Made by a program: the position numbers and the translations under genes. The notes under the pieces are model-generated. The model saw nothing but the letters and a program-made list of their open reading frames with translations. It was not told the DNA's origin and did no database searches. A DNA stretch of 64,000 bases from Nitrospirota bacterium (GTDB taxonomy: Bacteria; Nitrospirota; UBA9217). The stretch is from the NCBI GenBank assembly GCA_963737155.1, contig CAVTRN010000002.1, forward strand, positions 928,001-992,000, given 5' to 3'. Shown piece after piece: positions 51,829 to 62,038 of the stretch; positions within the stretch are counted from its first letter, which is position 1, and each line of letters starts with the position of its first letter.

Positions 51829-53010
51829 GTGAGTGTTTCCACCACTTCAAAGGATGTCATCATCATCGGCGCTGGTGCGTCGGGCCTGCTCTGTGCGATC
51901 GAATGCGGGAAACGAGGGCGCTCGGTGATAGTTCTCGACCATGCGGAACGGACGGGATCGAAAATCCGCATCTCCGGCGGCGGAAGGTGTAATTTCACGA
52001 ATCTGAATGTGTCTGCGGACCATTACCTTTCTCAAAATCCCCATTTCTGCAAGTCAGCCCTGGCGCGCTTCACTCCCCATGACATTCTTGCCCTTGCTGG
52101 TAAGCACCACATTGCATTTTATGAAAAAGAAGCAGGCCAGATTTTCTGCTTGAAAAGCTCCCGCGATATCATTGCCATGCTTGAACAGGAGTGTGATAAG
52201 GCCGGTGTGGAAATGCTCATGAATTGCCACGTAACAGGCGTTGTGAAAACCGGAAATTTTCTGATCGAGACAAACCAGGGGCGATTCTGTTCGGACTCGC
52301 TGGTTATTGCAACTGGCGGACTTTCCTACTCCAAGCTTGGGGCCAGCGGCTTTGGCCATGACGTGGCCAGGCAGTTCGGGCTTCGAATGACACAGGTAAG
52401 GCCGGCGCTCGTGCCCTTCGTTTTCTCAGGAAAGGACCATCAGATCTTTCGCGAATTGGCAGGTGTTTCACTCGAGGCAGCCCTGTCCTGTGGTTCCCGG
52501 AAGTTTCGCGGTAGCATCCTGTTTACACACCGGGGACTGAGCGGGCCGGCGGTGTTGCAGGCGTCGCTCTATTGGGAGCCGGGTTCGGCGCTAACCATAG
52601 ACTTCCTCCCGGCGACGGATACCCTTAAAATTATGCTTTCCCGGAGAAGCAGCAAGATGCTGCCGCACAATCTGCTTTCCGAGTATCTGCCGAAGCGGTT
52701 TGCACAGATTTGGTGCGGCCTATTGCCCGATGCGAAGCCTATTAATGAGACGTCGGACAAGGAGTTGAAGGCGTTCGCTGACCGGCTGCACGCATGGAAA
52801 GTCATACCCAAAGGCACGGAGGGGTACGCAATTGCCGAGGTAACAGCCGGCGGCGTGAACACCGATGAACTTTCGTCCAAGACCATGGAATCAAAAAAGG
52901 TGCGCGGCCTGTATTTTATCGGTGAAGTTGTCGATGTAACTGGGGAACTTGGCGGCTATAATCTCCATTGGACCTGGGCTTCGGGATTTGCTGCAGGACA
53001 ATTCGCCTAG
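51829..53010 (+). CDS. HI0933/YhiN(BaiN)-family flavoprotein
   Basis: GAGASG, KIRISGGGRCNFTN, LFTH.GLSGP, VT.GGV, GGYNL. Confidence 0.92.
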   Translation: MSVSTTSKDVIIIGAGASGLLCAIECGKRGRSVIVLDHAERTGSKIRISGGGRCNFTNLNVSADHYLSQNPHFCKSALARFTPHDILALAGKHHIAFYEKEAGQIFCLKSSRDIIAMLEQECDKAGVEMLMNCHVTGVVKTGNFLIETNQGRFCSDSLVIATGGLSYSKLGASGFGHDVARQFGLRMTQVRPALVPFVFSGKDHQIFRELAGVSLEAALSCGSRKFRGSILFTHRGLSGPAVLQASLYWEPGSALTIDFLPATDTLKIMLSRRSSKMLPHNLLSEYLPKRFAQIWCGLLPDAKPINETSDKELKAFADRLHAWKVIPKGTEGYAIAEVTAGGVNTDELSSKTMESKKVRGLYFIGEVVDVTGELGGYNLHWTWASGFAAGQFA

Positions 53011-53438
53011 AGTTGACATATGGACTGTTTATTTCAACAAAGGCAGTGCGCAGAAGGCAGAAAACGGCGGCGGGAGTGGAAAGTTGTCTTGTCACTCCTA
53101 AAGAGAATCAAATTACTGGCATGAAGAAGATGCCGGCATGGGTTAGCAGGTTCTGATCGCTTATCTTAAAAAGCCAATGGACAAGCATTTCTTTGCCCAA
53201 AGACGAGAAAAGAAAAAAGCTTTTAAATTTACAATATGTTTTAATCATATCCTTGTATGCTCTGTGATAAGTTGACTTTATCACCGGCGATCTTGACAAA
53301 TATGGAAAAGCGTTCATGGGTCAAAATGTGCATTTCTTGCTAAAATGATTCGTTCAAAATGGTCTGATTCAATCTTATTAACAGATCAATTAATTATAAC
53401 TCATTAATCTTAAACCGCAATTTAATCTCCTTTCATAG

Positions 53439-53454
53439 TGGCACCCATCTTGCT
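53439..53454 (+). promoter_or_regulatory. sigma54 promoter
   Basis: TGGCAC-CCATC-TTGCT, a consensus match upstream of the REC-AraC gene. Confidence 0.75.
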
Positions 53455-53580
53455 TTTATTTATAATTAACAATAATTCCATAAGCTGCACAAGTACGACA
53501 TACATTAGTATTATATCCAGTTTTTCTCAAATAAATAACGGCATCAAAGCTGATCTCCAACTTGAAAAGGATGGTGCTTT

Positions 53581-54408
53581 ATGATGAGAGTACAAAGTGA
53601 AATGTCGCAGATTTCTGTGCTTTTAATCAGCGGTGATGATGAAACACTGGGTAACTGTCGCCTCTTGGACATCAAAGGCGAAAAGGCGGAACAATGTTCA
53701 TTCGGGTGCTATGAAGACAGACTCAGCCGGTGTGAGGCCGGCGTTGTTGTTCTCGACAGCGGCTCTGAAGTATGGAGGGGGATGTCTGTTTTGCGACAGA
53801 TCAAACTAACCCATCCTGAGGTTCCCGTCATCTTCCTGTCTGATCAGAGATCGGATGAAACCGTGGCCAGCGCTATGAATCTTGGCGCGCAGGAGTATTA
53901 TCAAAAGCCTGTGAATGTCATCAAACTCCAACAGCTTGTGGAAAGCCTTCTAGCCACTAGGAAATCGACCGACGTCCCGGCCACAAATGCACCGGTAGGT
54001 GATACGTCGGTTCCACTCGATAAAACAATATTCGCTGACAAACCGCAGAACATTCTGCAGGTTGTGGCCTTCATCGAAACAAACCTCTGGTCACCGATGG
54101 AATTGGAAAGTCTCGCGCAAAAAGCCAACCTCAGCAAATTCCATTTTTGCCGCGTATTTAAACGGTATACTGGCCTGAACCCCATGAAATTTGTGAACGC
54201 CCGGAGGATAGAGCGGTCGAAGGAACTTCTGGCCGGCAATGAGCAAAGCATTTCGTTGGTAGCCAGCAAGGTGGGGTTTCGGGACCTGAGTAACTTCATC
54301 AGGCAGTTCAAAAAAAATACCGGCTTTACACCGACCGCCTATCGGGATATGGCCAAAACACAAAACAAGCCCACGCCAACGGCATTTGCTCCTGGCCACC
54401 AGCAGTAG
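53581..54408 (+). CDS. Receiver-like domain plus AraC-family HTH regulator
   Basis: LA..ANLSKFHFCRVFK and VGFRDLSNFIRQFKK.TG.TP..YR; degenerate REC. Confidence 0.9.
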   Translation: MMRVQSEMSQISVLLISGDDETLGNCRLLDIKGEKAEQCSFGCYEDRLSRCEAGVVVLDSGSEVWRGMSVLRQIKLTHPEVPVIFLSDQRSDETVASAMNLGAQEYYQKPVNVIKLQQLVESLLATRKSTDVPATNAPVGDTSVPLDKTIFADKPQNILQVVAFIETNLWSPMELESLAQKANLSKFHFCRVFKRYTGLNPMKFVNARRIERSKELLAGNEQSISLVASKVGFRDLSNFIRQFKKNTGFTPTAYRDMAKTQNKPTPTAFAPGHQQ

Positions 54409-54918
54409 TTCGAAGGGGATCAAGCTTGCGATCCACGGACAGAGATTTTGCTTATGGCAAGCCGCAGATTTGGAAAATCATTCATGCTTCATACGATGCG
54501 AATTCACAGACAAATTTCCAGGAACGTGTGCAGCGTGAGGGATGATGATCGTTCGGCCTCGGCTTGACGATGGGACGTGAAGCCAGGTTGCAGAAGGCGA
54601 TGGGATAGAATGATCGGAATTACAGCTAGGAAACTAAAATCGTGGCGCCCGGCGAAGCCAATACGGTGAGAAGTCCATTGATGTTGACGCGATGTTTCCC
54701 TATAATTTGTTGAGCATGTCTTCTACAAACTTGACCGCCTGCGTGAAGTCTACCTCAGAAATCATTTTTTCAGATTATGAGAGGCGTATGGAACATATGG
54801 GCGGTGAAAGCCGAATGATGCTGGTCATGAACCGTAGTCAAACAGCAAATGCGGATCAGACCAGAATAAGCCGGCCCCAGGCTTTTTTTTGCGAGCCCCC
54901 TATCGTCGTTCGTGATAG

Positions 54919-55470
54919 CTAAAAATGCGTGGCCACGCCGAATTGCATGGTGAAATAGCTGTCCGAAATGAGGTGTTCAAGAGCGAGGGCGAAAATGCTT
55001 ACCTTGGGATTCACGAAGAATTCGACGCCTACCCCAGGCGTAATGCCGACGTTTACTTCGCTTTTTTTCTGATTTGCCCAACTATCATAACTGTCAATGC
55101 TTGTTTCCAGCCCCGCTTGTCCGAAAACCCTCAACTTCTCCACGATCGGCACATAGTAACGGGCGCTGATTATGAAGGGAAAGCGGGTGTACGTGCCGCT
55201 GCCCCAGGGAAAGTCGTGCGTGAACTGGTAAAAAGACAAATCAACCCGCGCTTGAAGATTTTCGTCGATTTCTTTAAGATTATAACCGCCACCGAAGTTG
55301 ATGCCGAAACCGCTATCATAGTTTCCGGGACCGGAAGCCGGACCAATTGAACCGTCGAATTCATAGAGACCCGTCGTTGCTCCGTAGGAGTTTGGATACG
55401 TAGCATATGACGGAATCCCCAAGCACAAAATAAATAATGCCGCAACCAGAGTAATGACGATTCTTTTCAT
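54919..55470 (-). CDS. Small outer-membrane beta-barrel protein
   Basis: Signal peptide, amphipathic strands, C-terminal F. Confidence 0.75.
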   Translation of the reverse strand: MKRIVITLVAALFILCLGIPSYATYPNSYGATTGLYEFDGSIGPASGPGNYDSGFGINFGGGYNLKEIDENLQARVDLSFYQFTHDFPWGSGTYTRFPFIISARYYVPIVEKLRVFGQAGLETSIDSYDSWANQKKSEVNVGITPGVGVEFFVNPKVSIFALALEHLISDSYFTMQFGVATHF

Positions 55471-55717
55471 AATATGTTCTTCCCCTTTCATGTCAATGAA
55501 ACGGTGCTGTGCTGAAGATGTTGCCTCGTCCTTGCGTGCTAAGCCGACAATTGTTATACTCAGTTCTAGCGGTTTTTGTCAAGGCAAATTTTGGATGGTA
55601 GCGGTCTCGTCGCGTGCCGTTTATAAAAAAATGTACGCCTTTTTGACAGTTCGGTGATTTTTGCGTATAATAATGAAGAATTAATTATTCTTTGTTAAAT
55701 TTTCCAGGAGGAAAACC

Positions 55718-56326
55718 ATGAGTCTGAAACCGATGCATGACTGGGCTGTTATCGTGCCAGCGGAAGCAAAATCGCGTACTGCCGGTGGATTGTACATTCC
55801 TGATACGGCAAAAGAGAAGCCCGAGGAAGGTGTTGTTGAGGCTATCGGCCCGGGCGCTTTAGAAGAAGATAAGCGGTTGAAGAAGTCCGGCGAGAAAAAG
55901 GAGCGTCGGTTCCTACCCACGGTCGTGAAGCCCGGGGATCGTGTCCTCTTCGAGCGTTACGCGGGACAAACCTACAAAGTTGCCGGCGAGGATAGGATCC
56001 TGGTTCGCGAGCGCGATATCCTGGGCCTGCTGCTGGGCAAAGAACCCCTCATCGAATCGCGATCAAGACCGCTTCAGATCCCGCCATCCACGTCCACGTC
56101 TTCTGAGACCAAAATTATGCCGATCTCTTCAAAGGCATCGACCGCATCGCGGCAGGGGAATATCCCGGCTAAAACGGGGAAGGAAGCGGTGAAAAAACTG
56201 GCTGAGAAAAAGAACGCTGTGAAAAAAGCGGTGAAGAAGAAAACGGAGAAGACAAAAACAGCAGCGGCAAAACCGGCCAAAAAAAGCGGGCCTGCCACGT
56301 CAAAAAAATCGGGACGTAAGAAGTAG
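55718..56326 (+). CDS. groES: GroES-family co-chaperonin with a long Ser- and Lys/Ala-rich C-terminal tail
   Basis: LKPMHD, TAGGLYIPDTAKEKP.EG.V.A.GPG, VKPGDRVLF..YAG, E.DILG. Confidence 0.85.
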   Translation: MSLKPMHDWAVIVPAEAKSRTAGGLYIPDTAKEKPEEGVVEAIGPGALEEDKRLKKSGEKKERRFLPTVVKPGDRVLFERYAGQTYKVAGEDRILVRERDILGLLLGKEPLIESRSRPLQIPPSTSTSSETKIMPISSKASTASRQGNIPAKTGKEAVKKLAEKKNAVKKAVKKKTEKTKTAAAKPAKKSGPATSKKSGRKK

Positions 56327-56401
56327 AGCTTCTTCAGGCGCTTAGACCTCCAATAGGTGGCGCTAAGGTTCGCAGTGGGAACATGATAGGCGGAAAGGCT
56401 C

Positions 56402-56971
56402 GTGATGGAAGACGAGTTCGTTGCACGAGAAAAAAAAATACTGTCCATTCTTGAGCAGGAGATCACGGACGGCGAAGAGATGATTGCGGCTGTCAAATAT
56501 CACGCGGAGCGCATGCTCCTCGGAGAGAAAGGATATACGGCGGCCGAGATAGGGAAGCATGTCTTTTTCAATGTTGTCCTTGGCAGGGAGATTGTGCAAT
56601 CCAGCGTGGATTTTATTGTGTCGGTGGACGGCAGAAAGGCGATGGTAGTCAAGTGCGCCGCGGGGTCACTCTCATCCCGTGAGCGTCATGTGGTCGCTGC
56701 CGCGCGGGTCCTTGACAGCATGCCCGTACCCGTGGCAGTGGTTATGGACCCGATGAGCGCTGTGGTGCTCGACGTAATAACAGGAAAAGTTATCGGCGAA
56801 GGATTTGAATTCGTACCGACGAAGGAGCAACTCATCACGATGGTTGCCGGACATGAAGTGAAGCCCCTTGCTCCCGAGAAACTCGAACGGGAAAAGCGCG
56901 TCCTGCTGGCCTTCGACGCCATTCGGTGCTGCGTGCCGCAGGGTACTAACGGCGGCGTAGCACTTGAATAA
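56402..56971 (+). CDS. HsdR-N-like (restriction-endonuclease fold) hypothetical protein
   Basis: L..KGY...EI, VDFIV..DG...MVVKC, RER..VAAAR. Confidence 0.55.
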   Translation: MMEDEFVAREKKILSILEQEITDGEEMIAAVKYHAERMLLGEKGYTAAEIGKHVFFNVVLGREIVQSSVDFIVSVDGRKAMVVKCAAGSLSSRERHVVAAARVLDSMPVPVAVVMDPMSAVVLDVITGKVIGEGFEFVPTKEQLITMVAGHEVKPLAPEKLEREKRVLLAFDAIRCCVPQGTNGGVALE

Positions 56972-57476
56972 CCGTACACCTCCGGCGGGCGAACCTCCGG
57001 AGGAGGGGCTGACGAACAGACTGGCACGTGAACTCATTCTCTTTATCGCCCAGGGAGCCTATGCGGGGAAATTCCCTGTCGCGCCGGGGACCGCCGGAAC
57101 GCTCTTAGGCGTTTTGATCCAGTATGGCATCAGAAACGCGAGTCCTCTCTTCAACATATCAATAATTCTTCTACTCTGCATCGTCGGGACGTGGACGGCC
57201 GGAAGGGCGGAGATTATACTCGGCCGGAAGGACAGCCCCTCCATCGTGATCGATGAGATTGCCGGGTTCCTGATCGCCATGTTCATGGTGCCTCTCGGAT
57301 GGGGATATGTTGCCGCAGGTTTCGTGCTGTTCCGGCTATTCGATATCACAAAACCGTGGCCGCTTCGCAGCCTGCAGGCGCTCCACGGCGGCGTCGGCAT
57401 CATGATCGATGACATTGGTGCGGGCATCTATACGAATATTGTGCTTCAGCTTGCCGCATTTCTTATCGCAAGATGA
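56964..57476 (+). CDS. pgpA: Phosphatidylglycerophosphatase A
   Basis: APGTAGT, D...IVIDEIAG, FRLFDI.KPWP, GIMIDD..AG. Confidence 0.95.
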   Translation: MNNRTPPAGEPPEEGLTNRLARELILFIAQGAYAGKFPVAPGTAGTLLGVLIQYGIRNASPLFNISIILLLCIVGTWTAGRAEIILGRKDSPSIVIDEIAGFLIAMFMVPLGWGYVAAGFVLFRLFDITKPWPLRSLQALHGGVGIMIDDIGAGIYTNIVLQLAAFLIAR

Positions 57477-58315
57477 CCCAGATAACCGAAGAGACCTTCG
57501 AAAAGACCCTTCAGACTTTCATAAATTCGGAGCAGATCGATCTGTGCGATGTTTCCTTCATTGATCCCTACGGCATGCTGGGGCTCCTTGAAATCGGCGA
57601 ACTTTGCATGCTCGAAGACATAAAAAAAACCATCATACTCCCGCGTTCCGTCGAGGTTTGCGCGTACCTCGAGCGGATGGACTTCTTCAGTCATGCGCGA
57701 AGATACTTCCTGTTTGATCAGCCGCACCACACACCTCTCCCTGGTAAAAACCGTAATCAGGAATCAGACGTGCTTCTCGAGATCACGCCTATCGAGCGGT
57801 CGAACGACATCCACTCTATCGTCGGGACGGTAAGGGACCGTGCACAGGCCATTCTCTCAAACCACCTTCACTATGATGAGCGGGCGATCAACAACTTTAT
57901 CGTGGCCCTCTCCGAGGTCTGCCAGAACATCATCGAGCACAGCGAGAACAGGGGTTTCGTGGGGATACAGAAATACCGGTTCACAAGCATGAACAAAAAC
58001 GTGGTCAGGATCGCGGTAATGGATGTCGGGATCGGTTTCCGGAAATCCCTATCCGTCCGATTCAAGTTGCGGGGCGACCTCGATGCCATTGAAAAAGCTT
58101 TGCTCCACGGCGCCTCGCGATATGAAGACGAGGGAAGGGGGCACGGTCTTGCATCAGTGCGCCGGTTCGTTGATCAATGGCACGGCAAGCTCTCGATCCG
58201 CTCAGGCACAGCGCGCCTGTCCATCATCCCGCCATGGTCCCGGGGCCGGGAACAGGAAGCGAATCTCACCTTCTTTCCGGGAGCACAGATCAATATACTC
58301 CTGCCGGAAATATAA
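57473..58315 (+). CDS. STAS-like plus HATPase (anti-sigma-kinase-like) protein
   Basis: IDL..VSFIDPYG N-terminus; SEVCQNIIEHS, DVGIG, GRGHGL; no HisKA H-box. Confidence 0.8.
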   Translation: MTQITEETFEKTLQTFINSEQIDLCDVSFIDPYGMLGLLEIGELCMLEDIKKTIILPRSVEVCAYLERMDFFSHARRYFLFDQPHHTPLPGKNRNQESDVLLEITPIERSNDIHSIVGTVRDRAQAILSNHLHYDERAINNFIVALSEVCQNIIEHSENRGFVGIQKYRFTSMNKNVVRIAVMDVGIGFRKSLSVRFKLRGDLDAIEKALLHGASRYEDEGRGHGLASVRRFVDQWHGKLSIRSGTARLSIIPPWSRGREQEANLTFFPGAQINILLPEI

Positions 58316-58389
58316 ACCTCCAGTCACTCCCTTTGAGGAGAAACCTCATTCCAGTTTCAGCCCTGTTAAAATTCGTTGGAAAAAACCGC

Positions 58390-58432
58390 TTGACAAATCT
58401 CATGGATTATGGTTCAATTGAATCAATTGAAC
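58390..58432 (+). promoter_or_regulatory. sigma70 promoter overlapped by a perfect 21-bp palindrome
   Basis: TTGACA at 58390, TGn-TTCAAT 17 bp downstream, and GTTCAATTGA-A-TCAATTGAAC at 58412-58432. Confidence 0.65.
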
Positions 58433-58484
58433 TAGCATCAACGCATCTTCCATGCTGGGCGAAGCGCCCCCGGGAAATATTGGG

Positions 58485-58524
58485 TTGACTTTTATATTGG
58501 TATTACCTAAAATTAGGTATTACC
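58485..58524 (+). promoter_or_regulatory. TA-operon promoter with two GGTATTACC operators
   Basis: TTGACT-17bp-TAAAAT; palindromic GGTATTACC at 58499 and 58516. Confidence 0.7.
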
Positions 58525-58540
58525 GACTAGGAGGTAGGAA

Positions 58541-58795
58541 ATGTCCACTATAACGAAAAAAGGACAGGTAACGATCCCCAAGCCATTCAGGGAAAAACTA
58601 CACATCCGGGAGGGCGATTGCCTCGACTTCGAGGTCAAAGACGGAGTGCTAATTTTACAGAAAAAGGCGCGTACGTCGATACTCGACCTGGGTGGGATTG
58701 CGAAGGGGAGAAATGTTGGGACCGGGAATGAGCGGGAATATGCGAAAAAAATGGTTGCGCGAAGAATTGCGAAAGAAGGATTGAAGAATGGTTGA
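58541..58795 (+). CDS. vapB: AbrB/MazE-fold antitoxin (VapB)
   Basis: STITKKGQVTIPK..RE.L.I.EGD; overlaps the PIN gene. Confidence 0.88.
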   Translation: MSTITKKGQVTIPKPFREKLHIREGDCLDFEVKDGVLILQKKARTSILDLGGIAKGRNVGTGNEREYAKKMVARRIAKEGLKNG

Positions 58796-59198
58796 TTCCG
58801 TATTCGTTGATACCAATGTTTTTCTACGTTTCTTCGTAAGGGACGTGGAGTCGCTATACGAAAAGGCGTATGACCTGTTTGAAAAGGCGGAGAGCGGGAA
58901 GTTGCGGCTTGAGACAAGTGAACTTGTCATCGCGGAAATCGTCAGGGTGTTGGAATCACTTTACGGATTTACGAGAAATGAGATTTCAAGCATTCTCAAC
59001 ACACTGCTTGCCGCGAAGAACCTTAAAGTCGCCGGTCACGCGAGGGTCAGGGAGGCCGTTGGGCTGTATTTCACAGGTAATATGGATTTTATAGACGCCT
59101 ATAATATCGCATATATGAAAGCAAAGGGATACGGAAGGATAGCGACCTTCGATTACAAACATTATAATAAAGCGGAAGGCATAGCTTCCGTTTGGTAA
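58788..59198 (+). CDS. vapC: PIN-domain toxin (VapC)
   Basis: FVDTNVFL, VIAE, DFIDA, IATFD. Confidence 0.9.
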   Translation: MVDSVFVDTNVFLRFFVRDVESLYEKAYDLFEKAESGKLRLETSELVIAEIVRVLESLYGFTRNEISSILNTLLAAKNLKVAGHARVREAVGLYFTGNMDFIDAYNIAYMKAKGYGRIATFDYKHYNKAEGIASVW

Positions 59199-59312
59199 CG
59201 TATTCTCGCCCGAGGAAAGAGGATCGGGAGGGGGCGGGGAAGCATGTGAATGTTTTGTTGGAATTAAAGTGCAGAGACCTTCGTATGCGGCTACTATGGA
59301 CTCAGGATTATT

Positions 59313-59873
59313 ATGACCAAATATGACCTCTCTAAACTCATAAAAGACGAACTCGGCAACGGATCAAAGGACCTCGTCACCCGTCCGTCGGGCCAGGCGA
59401 TTCGGGAGCGGATTGAGCAGGACATCCAAAAAGAGCCCGATGGTTCCGTGATCGCCCTCGATTTTTCGAAGATCGGGGTGATCGACTATTCCTGCGCAGA
59501 CGAGATCGTGGCCAAGCTCGTATCGCGCCTCCTGGCCGGGGAATACGGGGACAAGTACCTTCTTCTCTATGGACTCAACGAAAACCAGAAGGAGAACGTC
59601 GAAGTCGCCATCGAACGCAAGGACCTGGCGATCGTTGCGGGGATGTTGGATGGCAGCAGGATTGTCCTGGGGAATCTCAACAATTATCTCAAGGACACTC
59701 TCGACTTCATCGTCAGAAAAAAGAAAGCGACGGCCAAGGAGCTGTCGGACGCAAAAAAAATAGAGGCGAATACGAGTGGAACCCGTTTGTTGAACCTGTT
59801 TAAGAAGCGGCTCGTAAAACGCGTTGAAGAGGTTCGCAGCGACGGGCGAGTATGGTCCTACGAGCTTCTGTAA
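59313..59873 (+). CDS. STAS-like (DUF4325-like) plus winged-HTH protein
   Basis: LVTR.SG..IRE, LDFS.IG.IDYSCADE; C-terminal TAKELS...IEANTSGTRL..L..KRLV. Confidence 0.7.
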   Translation: MTKYDLSKLIKDELGNGSKDLVTRPSGQAIRERIEQDIQKEPDGSVIALDFSKIGVIDYSCADEIVAKLVSRLLAGEYGDKYLLLYGLNENQKENVEVAIERKDLAIVAGMLDGSRIVLGNLNNYLKDTLDFIVRKKKATAKELSDAKKIEANTSGTRLLNLFKKRLVKRVEEVRSDGRVWSYELL

Positions 59874-60035
59874 AGGCTTTTTCGTTGACTGCTTCCGAGC
59901 AGCGATGATACAACGACGATGGTCGCCAAATATAATGTTTTTGCTGCATAGAGCAAACGGTGTTGCAGGAAGAAAAGGACTCAAAACCTATGCTCTATGC
60001 CTCGTGCGATCCTTTCTTTTCAAAGGGAATAACTT

Positions 60036-61271
60036 ATGCGCGCTGAAATAATAGCCACAGGCACCGAACTTCTGACGGGGGGCTCCCTTGATACCAACTC
60101 CGTTTTCCTTTCCGAGGAACTGATGCTCATCGGCCTCGAAACCGCCTTCAAGACTGTAGTTGGCGACGATGAAAAAAACATGGAAGAGGCGCTGAAGCGG
60201 GCGCTGGAGCGGGTCGATGCCGTGATCATTACCGGCGGTCTCGGGCCGACGGAAGATGACATCACCCGTAAGGTCATCGCCAAGATCACAAAAAAGCGGC
60301 TCATTCTGAATGAGGATGCGCTCAAAGCGATTCACGCACGGCTCGCGGGCAGGGGCAAGGAGGTCGTCATCCCGAACGAGCGACAGGCCCTGGTCCCGGC
60401 AGGTGCGCGGCTTCTCCAGAACCCGGCGGGCATCGCGCCCGGTTTTTATATTGATGAAGAGAGGCTGTTCCTTGCTGTTCTTCCCGGTGTTCCGCAGGAA
60501 ATGCGGGCTATGTACGGCGAGGGGCTCCGGCCCGCTCTTGAGCATCGCTTCGGTGGGAAGTCTTTTATCAGGCGCAGGGTACTGCGCACCTGCGGCATGT
60601 CCGAGTCCGCGGTGAACCAGGCCATCCAGGATATCATGCGGCGCGGCGATCCGGTTGTAGGGTTGTCTGTAAAAGGGACCGGCGTCGATATCCGCATCAT
60701 TGCCCATGGATCGACCGCGGAAAACTCCCAGGCATTTACTGATCGGACTGAATCAGCCATCCGGGAGAAGCTCGGCGACTCCGTGTACGGAGTCGATGGC
60801 GTGGAAATGGAAGAGGTGGTCGGCGCGCTCCTGAAGCAGCGCAAGCTGACGCTCGCCGTCGCCGAATCGTGCACCGGCGGCCTGATTGGCGCGCGTATTA
60901 CGAATATCGCCGGAAGTTCCGAGTATTTTGAGCGCGCCGCGGTGGTGTACAGCAACCTTGCAAAGACCGAGATGCTCGGTGTTCCGGCGGACATCATAGA
61001 ACGGCGCGGCGCTGTCAGCAGTGAAGTCGCGTCAGCCATGGCGGAGGGGATTCGCCAGGCCGCCCATACGGCGCTGGGGCTTTCCGTCACCGGCATCGCG
61101 GGCCCCGAAGGCGGAACCGAGAAAAAACCTGTCGGCCTGGTATATATCGCGCTTGCTTCCTCGCAAGGCGTCAAAACAACAGAGCACCGTTTCCTCGGCA
61201 GCAGGGACCAGATTCGTCTCCGGGCATCGCAAATGGCGCTCGATATGGTGAGGAGATATTTGATAGGATAG
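60036..61271 (+). CDS. cinA: Competence/damage-inducible protein CinA (with NMN deamidase domain)
   Basis: GTELL.G...DTN, TGGLGPTEDD, AESCTGG, GAVS.E, TGIAGP.GG. Confidence 0.95.
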   Translation: MRAEIIATGTELLTGGSLDTNSVFLSEELMLIGLETAFKTVVGDDEKNMEEALKRALERVDAVIITGGLGPTEDDITRKVIAKITKKRLILNEDALKAIHARLAGRGKEVVIPNERQALVPAGARLLQNPAGIAPGFYIDEERLFLAVLPGVPQEMRAMYGEGLRPALEHRFGGKSFIRRRVLRTCGMSESAVNQAIQDIMRRGDPVVGLSVKGTGVDIRIIAHGSTAENSQAFTDRTESAIREKLGDSVYGVDGVEMEEVVGALLKQRKLTLAVAESCTGGLIGARITNIAGSSEYFERAAVVYSNLAKTEMLGVPADIIERRGAVSSEVASAMAEGIRQAAHTALGLSVTGIAGPEGGTEKKPVGLVYIALASSQGVKTTEHRFLGSRDQIRLRASQMALDMVRRYLIG

Positions 61272-61364
61272 CGCAAAGGCAGAGGAGAGAAGACCGTCGG
61301 GTCTTTTGGGCGTCATTCCGGCTTGCAAGCCGGAATGATATCAAAGACTGGATATCTGATTATT

Positions 61365-61922
61365 ATGCGTTCCTTTATCGCTATAGAGATCCCCGATGAG
61401 ATCAAGAAGGGCCTGATTGAAGCGCAACATCGTATTAAAAGCTCGGGTGTGGATGCGAGCTGGCCGCGCCCGGAAGGCATGCATCTGACTCTCAAATTCA
61501 TGGGAGAGGTGCCGGAGGCCAGGATAACGGAGATCATGGACGGACTACGGCAGTCAGCGGCCGGGACCGCGCCGTTCAGGCTTGACGCCGGAGGCATCGG
61601 CGCCTTTCCCGGCCTCAGGAACGCACGCGTGGTATGGATCGGACTCTCTGGAGATACGGAGACGCTCGGGCGACTGCAAGCTGCGGTTGACGACGCCATG
61701 GCCCGTCTCGGAATGGATCGCGACAAACGGGCGTTCACCCCGCATCTGACCCTCGGCAGGATCAAGTATATCCGGTCCAGCGACCGATGGCTCAAGGGAT
61801 TGGATGAGATGAAAAACTTTCAACTGCCGGGATTCGATGTGACGTCGATTAGCCTGATGAAAAGCGAACTCAAACCATCGGGCGCGGTATATACAGAGAT
61901 GGGGAGAGTGGAATTGAAGTAA
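61365..61922 (+). CDS. thpR: RNA 2',3'-cyclic phosphodiesterase
   Basis: MRSFIAI start and two HLTL (2H) motifs. Confidence 0.92.
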   Translation: MRSFIAIEIPDEIKKGLIEAQHRIKSSGVDASWPRPEGMHLTLKFMGEVPEARITEIMDGLRQSAAGTAPFRLDAGGIGAFPGLRNARVVWIGLSGDTETLGRLQAAVDDAMARLGMDRDKRAFTPHLTLGRIKYIRSSDRWLKGLDEMKNFQLPGFDVTSISLMKSELKPSGAVYTEMGRVELK

Positions 61923-62038
61923 ATTCAGCGTACAAAGTTCAAAGTTTGGAATATGAGAGAATAAAGCACCGTGTACAGAGCAAAGCGAAAGCAGATTATA
62001 ATCAGGGATAGCCGCACGGCGGCGGAAGGAGAAGGAAC

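Noticed and set aside
56402-56971. Type I restriction-modification system
   Set aside because: Only a small HsdR-N-like domain with an incomplete catalytic motif is present; no hsdM, hsdS or helicase.
58412-58432. LexA box
   Set aside because: The palindrome is not one I can match confidently to a known LexA motif, and it is not repeated directly upstream of recA.
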